The position numbers and the translations under genes are program-made. DNA of 63,973 bases, filler included, from Thelocarpon superellum (Eukaryota): NCBI GenBank assembly GCA_026025795.1. It is 13 parts of 13 records of this genome, joined end to end, with 100 filler letters (N's around TTAATTAATTAA, not from the genome) between each part and the next. Parts side by side here need not be neighbours in the genome. Positions count along the whole stretch, not along the records: positions 35,562 to 40,488 come from JAPEUG010000729.1; positions 40,589 to 45,471 come from JAPEUG010000730.1; positions 45,572 to 50,450 come from JAPEUG010000731.1; 10 more parts are not named here. The stretch is one strand, 5' to 3'. The notes under the pieces are model-generated. The model was not told the origin of the DNA and did no database searches. It saw nothing but the letters and a program-made list of their open reading frames with translations. Below, piece after piece: positions 38,501 to 48,493 of the stretch; position 1 is the stretch's first letter; every line of letters starts with the position of its first letter.

Positions 38501-39884
38501 ATGACAACAGGGAAAGCCTGGCCACGAGCCCGCAGGAGGCCCCGCAACAGCGAGTTTCACGATTCTCCACGACTCTAGGGCATTTTGTCGTTGTCAACCG
38601 TGAGCGCCGTTTAGCTGTCTCCGATTGATTGGCTGGGGGACGGGTGCGCGACAAAGTGGAAAGCGACCACAGCTGTTGAGGATCTGCACCTGTAGCGTCG
38701 CGTTCTCGTCCTTTGCATTGCGTTTACTAGTTTACAGGCCCAAAATGAATATGCGTGTGGCACGGGCACGGGCACGGGCACAGCAGCAGGGAATCGAGTG
38801 GTCATGCTGGGGACTCGAGGCCTGAGCCAGCGCGGGAGGGGATTGCGGAACGCGCGCCCGTGGCCCGTGGCCCAACCCCAACCCAGCCGCCAAAGACGCG
38901 GGCAGATGGCGCCAAGGGGAGCAAGAGTGCGCAATGCGGTTCGTGGCACGCCGTTTACGTACGGAAGTATCCGCCCGGTTGGAGTACGCGCCCCCCCGCA
39001 AGAACTGTGAGGCTGGGAAGTATCAAGAACGCACCAAGGAAGGCGCAAGAACCATGTGCACTCCTGAGCATGTGTGTACGTGTAAGCGTGTGCGTGTGCG
39101 TGTGCGTGTGCATCCACATCCACTATCGAATTCACGAAGCTATTGGCACGTACAAGTGGCTGTTATTGCAATGCAGGCGCTACATGCAAGCCCTGGCATC
39201 AGCCCTCCTCTCACGCGCATTTGCCCACCAGCCTCTCGTCGAGGTCGACGATCGCTCTCATTCAACGGTCGACTCGTCGATCATTGCATCCACGTGCCGT
39301 TGACACTGGAGCCTCCCGAGGAGGGGAGCGATGGATCGCCCGTTACAGAACGACTTTTCGGGGGGGACCTCGTGCAGCTGACACAAGCCAGCCTGAGCAC
39401 GGGTGGTTGAGCGGGTGTTTCAGGTGAGGGTGGACGTGGAACGCGGCGGGCGGTGGTGAAGAGGGAGTCCGGAGCAACCATTGGTCGCTCTAGACTCCGC
39501 AGAGCGGGGACGTAGCGGGGACGCATGGTAGGAGTATGTTACTGTATGTTAGTGGAGAGGAACGGGTCGCTTACCCACAATTGGAAATCGTCTCGAAGCC
39601 GCGAGGGCAAGGGAGGGCCGCAGCCCAACGATCGACGTGTTTGTTTCAAACTACCCGACCACACTACGAGTACGAGTGCGCCAAAGCCCGCGGGCAATTC
39701 CCCGCGGCGAGGCCGCGAGCGGGCGAGCGGGAGAAAGCGACGGACTAACGAAGGGTGCCGTGTCTCACCACGGGAGGGGACGAGGCGTGTCTCAAAATAG
39801 GTCATGATGGCGACTACTCCCGCCGTTGGTGTTTCAGATTGACGGAATCGTTTACCTAATGATCTCTGAGACAACGAGCCGTCG

Positions 39885-40012
39885 AGAGACCAGAGTCACC
39901 AGAGAGACCAGAGAGACCACAGACCAGGGACCACAGTCCCGAGAACAGAGACCACAGACCAGGGATCACAGTCCAGAGACCAGAGACCGGAGGCCGGAGA
40001 CCAGAGACCAGA
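39885..40012. repeat. Degenerate heptamer repeat (CCAGAGA)n
   Basis: About 17 imperfect copies; reads TCTCTGG-like on the minus strand. Confidence 0.85.
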
Positions 40013-40257
40013 GTACATACGCCGGATGACGTTGTTGGGCACGTGCTGCGTTGCGGCACAGCGCCCTTACTCCGCTACGACGCTCACGTGTGGGCGACGG
40101 GCCGACTTGGCGATGGAATCTATTCCATGTCGCCAGGCCTCCTTTTCTCAGGGGCAGATACAGCCGACGATGTGGTATGCGAGGGATCAGTCGGCGAGGC
40201 ATACGGGGGCAGATCCTAGAATGCATCACAAGGTGTAGATTCGTAGGCTTTGGGGGG

Positions 40258-40488
40258 TCATTCCTCGGCATCAGCCATGGCGGTGTCCCCTTCGACGTCC
40301 GAGTTGGCCGAGTCGTCGCCGTGATGCACGTCGGGAGGGTCATTGGTGGATCGTGGAGTCGATGCCTCGTCCCGGTCGGCGTCGCGGACCTCATCCTCCT
40401 CGTCCTCGTCGTCTGAATCCGAGCCAATGGCACGGGAGATCTTCGTTCGCGTTGACCGCTGCTGCACCGCGTCTTCGTCTTCGTCTTC
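40258..40488 (-). CDS. 3' end of an unidentified gene with an acidic C-terminal tail, 5'-truncated
   Basis: Open from the contig edge: EDEDEDAVQQRSTRTKISRAIGSDSDDEDEEDEV...GDTAMADAEE*. Composition resembles a nuclear-protein tail (e.g. Ctr9-like) but is not identifiable. Confidence 0.65.
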   Translation of the reverse strand, partial: EDEDEDAVQQRSTRTKISRAIGSDSDDEDEEDEVRDADRDEASTPRSTNDPPDVHHGDDSANSDVEGDTAMADAEE

Positions 40489-40588
40489 NNNNNNNNNNNN
40501 NNNNNNNNNNNNNNNNNNNNNNNNNNNNNNNNTTAATTAATTAANNNNNNNNNNNNNNNNNNNNNNNNNNNNNNNNNNNNNNNNNNNN
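40489..40588. other. Artificial contig linker
   Basis: 44 N + TTAATTAATTAA + 44 N. Confidence 0.98.
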
Positions 40589-40715
40589 GGTCGATCTGGA
40601 TGGTGCACGGGTGAGCGGAGGAGATTCCCGGCCGGCGATCTATCTGCGTGCGAGCGTGTCGACCTGAGGGAGACTGATGTCCGCTTCAGCTCATCGTCCT
40701 CGAGACGCCTGAGCC

Positions 40716-43506
40716 ATGTCGACCGGCGACAATGCCTCGGTGAATTCCGCCTCCAATGCCGCCTCCCTTGCCGGTCGCTCCATCTTTCCCAAGGGACCAG
40801 GGTTTACTATTGAGAACTTCTCGAGCAAGGACTTCATCGTCAAGGACTTTATCGAGTCCCTCTCGGATAGTGCGCTTCCGGTGAATCGACGGTCCGGTCC
40901 GGCCACTCAAGGTATGTGCACGGGGCAGGTGGTCTGCTTAGCACACGCTCATCCCACATCTAGTCGCCGCCTTTGACCCCAAACCCTTCATCCGCACCTT
41001 TGAGCATGCCCTGGCCCGGCTAGCAACCCTGTCGGGCGATCTCAGCGTACATGAAACCGAGCTGCTCACTGGAGTGCGCCGGGTCGAGGTGCAACACACG
41101 CAGACCCTTGATTCGCTCACCAAGAAGCTCGATCGCTCCATCGACTCGTTCCAGAGCCTCGACGCCTCGCTGAATGACGCGAATGGAGGCAGCAATGGCC
41201 AGGCCGACCTTGAGACCGGTGGCAACGCTGCCGTCCGCATCGGCGAGCGGCTGGAGGAGCTGGATCGGCAACGACGGCGTGCCCTGGACGCCAAATTCTT
41301 GATACAATGCTGGATGGAGGTCAGTGAGCGAGGGGAGCTTCGATCGTTGGAAGACGTCCGGAGACGAGACGGTGGGGAGGGCAAGGTCCGCTGTGCCGTC
41401 ATCGCGCGACAGTTGATTCGCATCAGTCAACGGCTCGACCCGGCTAGCTGGTCCCGGTCCAATGGGAGCAAAAAGGGCAGCAGTCAGCCCAATGGCGTCC
41501 GCGGAAGAGGGAACGTCATCAACACGCGCGAGATCATCGAGAAGTTCTCCGAGACCTTGGAGAAGGACCTGTTAAAGCAGTTCGACGACTTTTACCGTCG
41601 ACAAAACTTTGATGGGATGAAGGCAGGTGCCCGCGATCCTCCCACGCGAAGGTTTGCTGACGTCGTCCAGGAGTGTGCCAATGTGCTCTATGACTTCAAC
41701 GGTGGCGCCAGCGTCGTCGGCCTCTTCGTGAACCAGCACCAGTTCTTCATCGACCGCAGCCAACTCATCACCGAGGACGTGGAGAATGATGGCGATACGT
41801 GGGATCGATTGGCCGACCCAGACTCCGAGCCGCCTGGCATCGAGCCGGGCCTCCAGTCGCTGATCGATGAGGTCAAGGTGGTGGTGCAGGAGGAGTCCTC
41901 CATCATCCGACGTGCCTTCCCCTACTACGAATTGGTCCTGGGCAAGTTCCTGCAACGCGTCTTCCAACAGTCGATTCAGCAACGGCTGGAGCTTGTGCTG
42001 AACAAGGCCGACACCATTTCCTCCCTGGCCTTTCTTCGATCGCTCCAAGCGGCTCGGAGCTACATCAGCGCTCTGATCGATGACCTCAAAACGCACGGCT
42101 TGACGGAACACCCCGACTCCACCTCGACTCAGATCACGGTGCTCCTGGATCAACAGCTGGACGATCTCTTCGTCCCCTATCTCGTAGGAGGCTCCTACAT
42201 TGAACGCGAGAAGAAGAGCTTGGAGGAGCTGTACTCGTCGCTGCTGTTCAAATTCACCATCTACCACTCCCGTCGCAAGAAGCTCCCGACGACCTTCATG
42301 GCGACGCTCGCTAAATCTGGAAGCGAGCTTCTCGCGTCCGCCAAAGACGCGTATGTCGACCGGCTGGACTCGTCGGATCTCTCGACGGCGCAGAAGACGA
42401 TGCTGCTCCGTGTCGCCGGGCTGAAGGACGCGGCAAGTGCGAAGAACAGCAACGATATCGAGGTGACGGAGCAAGACGGCGTCCTGAGCGTGCCGAGTGC
42501 CAAGCGGATGCTCAAATGGCTCGCCGAGGGCGTGGGCCGAGGATTGGAGTTGAGTGGCGGGAGCGAGACGCCCAAGGACGTGTCGGCCTTGCTGCAACTG
42601 TTATTGGCGAACATGGGAGAGCTCTATGTGGAAACCTCCCTTGATGCGTGAGTCGAGTGCGATCTGGTTGGGTCATGCTGAAGCTTACCGCTCGTCAGTG
42701 CCAACGACCTGGCGGCCTCGCAGGAATCTAGCAAGACAGAGCCGGATCTCTCCTATCTGCCCAACCTCGGATCGGCCATCAGTATCATGCAGTTGATGAT
42801 CACGTGCATCCACACCGTCCTGATCCCGTTGGCCGCGTCGAATCTGACGGTGCGACGGGACATGGAGAAGCAGACGAATCAGACGATCGCGCGGATGGAG
42901 GAGAAGACCAACAGCATCATCCAACGCACGGTCGATGTGGTCTTGGCCTGGTTGGGCAAGGTGCTAGCCACGCAAGGACGGAACGATTTCCGTCCCAAAG
43001 ACGGTGCCCTTGGCACCGGGGGCTTCTTGGAGCTGATGCAGACACCAGTACGTCCGCTGACCTCACCTTGACCGTTCTGCGCGAGTTGCTGACATGATGT
43101 GACCCAGACTTGTCTTACGGCGATCACCTTCCTACGCAAGGCTCATTCCTTGGCGGCTCTGGCGCTCAGCGGGCAGAATCTCACAGCCTTTACGACGGAG
43201 TTGACGCAGGGCATCTTGCCTCAGATCCTCGAGCACTTCAAGCGCTTTTCGATCAATGCGACGGGCGGCCTCATGGTCACCAAGGACCTGGCCCAGTATG
43301 CGGCCACGCTGCGCGGATCTGCCTTGTCACCAACGGTGGCGACCTCGTTAGACATCCTGCCCGAGATCGGCACGCTGTTCGTCGTCGGACCCGAGGCGCT
43401 GAGGGAGCGGTTACGAGGTCCGCAGGGGGCAGATCTGAAGGCGTACGTGTTGAAGCGAGAGGATGTGGGAAGCGTTGGGATGCAAAGTGTCCTCAACGGA
43501 TTATAA
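40716..43506 (+). CDS. SEC10: Exocyst complex component Sec10, 5 exons
   Basis: FSSKDFIVKDFIESL, FDPKPFIRTFE, FNGGASVVGLFVNQHQFFI, FLQRVFQQSIQQRLE and HFKRFSINATGGLMVTKD. Introns 40912-40963, 41623-41670 (GC-AG), 42648-42698 and 43048-43106. Confidence 0.95.
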
Positions 43507-44046
43507 GCGGTGGATGTGGAGATGTCTTTTCATGGCGAGATTTCCGGCCTCCGGGCTCCGTGGGCATCGGTAGTTGGCGTTGGTGGGGATACTATGAACG
43601 TGTGCGCACGGGGGTCGCCACTCGATATCCAGATGGGTCAGTCACATGCGGTAGGAGTATGCGGTGCCAGTAGGGAGCCCCTAGTCTCAGCTGTGGCCGT
43701 TTGAGTCACGTTTCTCGTCGAACTGTTGAGGTTCCGCTGCATTGGCACAGTAACCGGGAGTCCGCCCCGGTTGGATTGCGAAGGGTTCGGATGGGACGAC
43801 TCGTCGGTCGAACTTGATGCAGGCGCTGAGGTGGTGGGCGGTACGCAAATCTACCCCGCCATCGGCAGCTTCCACCCCGCCGACTTGGTGGGGCAGCGGA
43901 AGCTTCCCTTCCACCTCTCCCCTCCCTACGCCTTCCGCCTTCCGCCATCCTTCCCTAGATGACTTCCGAATTGCTCGGATATCTCCAATACATGCACTGC
44001 TCTCGTCTATGAGGTCAACCATGGGCGCGATCACGGGCCATGATCC

Positions 44047-45264
44047 ATGGCTACCATGGCTGACGAGCAACGCAACCAAGTCGACCACAAGATCCTTGTC
44101 CACGTCTCGGCTCCCTGCACCGCCAGCGACGATGCACGGTTTCGGCGACAAGTCGAGACGTACCTTGGTTTCGAAGCATGGCGGGCTCATCGGGAAGAGG
44201 AGAGAGATGAGCATGTAGCACAGCAAGGCGGATGGGCACCTGAGCCGCGTGGAGCTCAACTCGCACACCCCGCCAGCTATGAGTGGGAAAGCGCACCCAC
44301 CTCGTCCTTCGGCGATAGCAGCGCCGCAAAGAATCCGCCCTTGGATCCCGCCACCGTTCAAGTCGTGAGATCGGACTTTTCGAAGAAACACAAGCCCCCG
44401 GAGGATGTCGGACGGCCTCACAAAAGACCGCGCTTATATCTCGATGGCTCAACCAGCTGTTCTCCCCATACTCCGTCGAGGAAATTGGACAAGGGGAAGG
44501 GCAAAGCAACGGCACGGGACTCGAGGGACCCTTCTCCACCCAGCCGGATCATCGATTCGCAGATTTCATCATCTCCTTCATCCCCCTGGCCAAGCCTTCT
44601 ATCAACCTCCTCACCGCTTCCCCAACCACGGGGACAATCTCACCCACGCACAATTGCACCACCCTTCTCGTCTCCCATCCGACTTCACCCTCCTACCAAC
44701 TCTTCCATATCCACGACAACCACGCTCCCACTAACGCTCTTTCCCCCCTCAGCCCCGACGACTCCCAGCAGTACGATCCCCAACACAAGCACGGGCTTGT
44801 TGACACCGGCGCTGTGTACGCTCCTCGAGTCGCTCCCCCTACGGAGGCACTACCGGCCCATCTACGTCTCGCGGCCCCTTCAACCCCTTGAGCGCGGCCA
44901 CTGGACTTTCTCCGCCCACGCTCTCCCTCCACCTACTCTCGTGCGCTTCTGGCGCTTCATGGCGGATTTCATCTGCGAGGGGCGAGGCGGGTGGGGGCTG
45001 TGGGCGACGAGGGACAGTTCTTCACGCACGGATGGCCGAGAACAGATCAATGCTCAAGGGGCGACGTCGTTGCAAACGAACCTGGACCTGGACAGGGGCA
45101 CCGAGACGGAAGTCGCAACTGGATTCGAGATTCAAGTATGGTGCTGGGGCGGCCTGGTAGGCGAGATCTACACTCTACTCTTCCTAGCCAGCGAGCGTTG
45201 CATTCGTGGAGCTGGAGCGACATGGGTTGGTCCTGGAGGGGAGGTTGTGGTCCGTATGAAGTAG
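44047..45264 (+). CDS. Hypothetical protein (405 aa); candidate SHLD3-like
   Basis: Single 405-aa ORF with an ordered N-terminal motif, an S/P/T-rich linker and a Trp-rich C-terminal domain. The SHLD3 resemblance is by-eye only (see findings). Confidence 0.85.
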   Translation: MATMADEQRNQVDHKILVHVSAPCTASDDARFRRQVETYLGFEAWRAHREEERDEHVAQQGGWAPEPRGAQLAHPASYEWESAPTSSFGDSSAAKNPPLDPATVQVVRSDFSKKHKPPEDVGRPHKRPRLYLDGSTSCSPHTPSRKLDKGKGKATARDSRDPSPPSRIIDSQISSSPSSPWPSLLSTSSPLPQPRGQSHPRTIAPPFSSPIRLHPPTNSSISTTTTLPLTLFPPSAPTTPSSTIPNTSTGLLTPALCTLLESLPLRRHYRPIYVSRPLQPLERGHWTFSAHALPPPTLVRFWRFMADFICEGRGGWGLWATRDSSSRTDGREQINAQGATSLQTNLDLDRGTETEVATGFEIQVWCWGGLVGEIYTLLFLASERCIRGAGATWVGPGGEVVVRMK

Positions 45265-45471
45265 ATGTCGCCATACTTATTCGTCTGGAGAGGATATATA
45301 TGTTTTGGGAGGAGGCGGCGTTGGGGAAGTGGTAGGCGGTACGGCGTGGAGCACGAGCATAGAATAAGGTATCGGGATAAGTTAGATGATGCGCAAGGAT
45401 GACTTGACGTAGACCCTATGATGAAATGCTTCTTTTGATCTTCGATGAGACGAGGGACCGGCCAGATTGAA

Positions 45472-45571
45472 NNNNNNNNNNNNNNNNNNNNNNNNNNNNN
45501 NNNNNNNNNNNNNNNTTAATTAATTAANNNNNNNNNNNNNNNNNNNNNNNNNNNNNNNNNNNNNNNNNNNN
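45472..45571. other. Artificial contig linker
   Basis: 44 N + TTAATTAATTAA + 44 N. Confidence 0.98.
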
Positions 45572-48154
45572 TGCGCCGCTCGAAGGCATACCGGTGTCGG
45601 CCGTGGCGGTCGGCGAGTTGCTTGGTGCGTGCTTGGACGACGGCCTCGCATCGCTCCGGGCGACTCATGCGCGCAATTTGTGCGGCGTCGATGCCAAGGT
45701 GCCATCGTAGGAGCCGTTCTTCTTCTCTGCCCCCACGTGCTTCCTCGTCGGCCGTTGGGGACGGCGATCGCCAGCGCAGAGAGCTGCTCGGCGCCGGCGG
45801 AAGACCGAATTCCACCATCTTTCGAAACGCTGAGCCGCAGCACCCACTCCGCGTGCAGCCCACGAGGCATTGACGCTGCTCGCGCTTGCGCACAGTCTCA
45901 CTGAAGGCATAGTCACGGCCCTCGTTGTAGTCAGGGTTCACTTTGAAATGCTCCAAGCTCAGTCGATGAACTGGTAGCGCCCGGTACGGCTCCTCCTCCG
46001 GGCAGTCCGGGTCGCTGGCCACAGAGATAGCCTGGTCCTGCAAGCATCTCTTCCGTCGTGTGGTGCTTTTGGCCTTGATCTGCGGTGCGACGCCACGAGG
46101 GGTAGATGGTGCTGTGCTGTGTGATTTGGAAGTCGTGCTTCTCGACCGGTCTGAGATCGCATCCCCAATGGCTTGCACAGCAGGTTTGGTCAAGCTGTGA
46201 GATGCATCATCCTGCAATGGCGACCCATCAGGAAAAGGTTCGTGGAGGAGCCTGTCGAGTCGTGCGTGGACGTTCGCACCCAGCGTGGACGAGCTCAGGC
46301 CTTTGGATCTGGCAGCTTCCCTTCTCGGATCCTCTGTCACATGCCCAGCGGCGGAAGGGTAGGCCCCCCCATCCTCTGCGAGAACTTTCCAAGGAGGGTT
46401 TCCGCTGTTGCTTCTCTTCCGTGATGCGGAGTCAGAGCGAGTTCGAGGCAAAACGCGAGCGTTGGTCGTCCTTGGTTGAAGTACAGCGTTGGGCATTGCC
46501 ACTTTTGATGCGAAGGTCGGTGAGGCCATTGACGGTCGATCAGGCTCAGACGGTTCGCTCGAGGTACGAACGGTTCGCGTTGGATCGTCATCCGTTCCGG
46601 TCCCTCTGAGCTCAGCCGCTCTTGTGATCATATCATTCGACATGAGCCCTGCTGAAGGAAAGGACCTCGAACTGGGACGAGATCGCTCAGTACTTTCAGG
46701 GTCCTCTTTCATCATGAGATCCGAATGCCCTGGCGTGGTTTCGTTTGATAAGCCGACGCTTCTGACCAGACCAAGTTTCCCCCTGGTAGAAGCCTGAAAG
46801 GACGATGCCTGGTACTGGCCCCCACCATGCCCCTCATCGCGAACAAGAGCTCCCTCAAGAAGGAGAGGGCAGTGGTCGAGTGGTCCGTCTGGACGGCGTC
46901 GTTTCCTCGGAGTAGCTACTCTTGCGCCGACATCATCTAGATCAAGGCTGTCGGGCACCTCCTGAGGTCTTTCACAAGCGAGCGGAGCAACATGGCTGTC
47001 AGAGGCTTGCTCACTCTTCAACTTCGCCCGTCCTGGGCTTGGTCGCGTCGATTTCCTGTCGTCCACCGCCACCCGTCTTCGCTTTCTGACTCTCCGAGAT
47101 GAGATCAAGACTAGATCATCGGCCGCCGCTACGACGGTATCCACGCGTGATTCACCGTTGGCTTCTCTGATGAGGAGGTTCTCTTGGTGTTGTTGGACCT
47201 CTGCTTGTGCTCGCTCCACGAGATCAGCCGGTGGATAAACAAGATGTCGTAGCGCCTCCGGATGATCAGGTGGACTACGTCTGCTTTGTAGAGCGTCCGT
47301 ATCACTGCCGTGCTGGTGGTATGATGCAGCGTCCTTCAGCCTCTCGCGGTGACTGCCCTGAGGGGTGTGGATAACTGAGTCGATAGGGTCAGGAATTGTA
47401 GCGGACACCGCATCCGGACCAGTATCATGTTGGGGAGAGCCAGGCTCGCTCGGGTCTAAGCTGGGAGGGGTTAGGGTATAAGGGAGGGACGGGATGCTTC
47501 GGTTCGCGAAGACCTCGCCGGTGTCTCCTTCTGGGTTGACTGGGTCGCGGCCGGAGGATGATCGTCGCATGGCGCTGACGGATGCCTCGTCCACGGTCGT
47601 CGATCCACGTCCATCCTTCTTACTACTCCGATGAGGATGCCTTTCCCTCCACCGGCGAATGTATCGCTGCCAATCAGCGATCTTGGACTTCTCCCGGCGA
47701 TGATAGTCGGTGATCTGTACATGTGCTTGGCACACGGCATCGTATTGTGCTTTCAAGGTGTCGAATTTCATCAACAGGTCGTCGTACGCCGGTCTGGGAA
47801 CGTGCGTGCTGGTACCCTCGTGAGCCGATGCATTCTCGGCTCGGCTGGAACGTCCAGCTCCAGTAGGTCGCCGCTGTCGGTCGTCTGCTGCTGCATCACC
47901 ATCACCGTCGAGACCAGTGCCTCCCGCCGAAGCCTGTGCGTGGCCAGGCAAGGCTTGTCCTTGAAATTTCTGCACCTCCTGAGCGGTGATGGCGTCGCCT
48001 GCGTGGCCCAGTCAGGATCAACACCCAGGGGAGTTCAGGTGCGACCGATGGACTTACGACGGGCAAGCTCGGCCTGCAACTCGCCCTCGAATTCATCATA
48101 GCCTTTGGTAATCGCGGCAAGCAGGGAAGTGCGGTATTTGTGGAGGATATCCAT
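45572..48154 (-). CDS. SAE2: Sae2/Ctp1/CtIP DNA end-resection factor, 3'-truncated
   Basis: Exon 1 MDILHKYRTSLL..., intron 47999-48057, long disordered middle, and C-terminal FKVNP..VRKREQRQCLVGCTRSGCC..GRHR (Cys cluster and RHR motif of the SAE2/CtIP C-terminus). Confidence 0.88.
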
Positions 48155-48493
48155 TGATCTTCGATCCCCCGCTCACTCCACAGCACGCAGGTGGCACACC
48201 GACTCTAGGCACGAGCAAGACGAGTGCGGGTGGTGCAAACACCTGGCCGTGTCGGCTCGCGTCGGACGTGTCTCTTGGCGGGCGTGTTGGAGCGAGCTCA
48301 CGTGATTGCGAGGCGAAATACGCAAAGTGCGTGGACAAGCGTGTCGCCTGCCGCAGCTATCGTACGAAGGTAAGGTGGCGCTCGACAGCGATGCCGGCCT
48401 GTCGGCGATAGTGACCAAAGCCGAGTGGCGGTCGATGTCAAGTATCGTCACGACCCCAACAGCTCCTCCTTACTTCGTGTATCGGTCGCAAGC

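Noticed and set aside
41572..42597. 341-aa antisense ORF, and similar long shadow ORFs over the ABC transporter, FUN30, Uds1 and hapX genes
   Set aside because: Expected from GC-rich codon bias on the opposite strand of real genes; no recognisable motifs.
3605..48154. Apparent DNA end-resection cluster (FUN30, SHLD3-like, SAE2)
   Set aside because: The three genes are on different contigs ordered only by size, so adjacency across linkers carries no synteny information.
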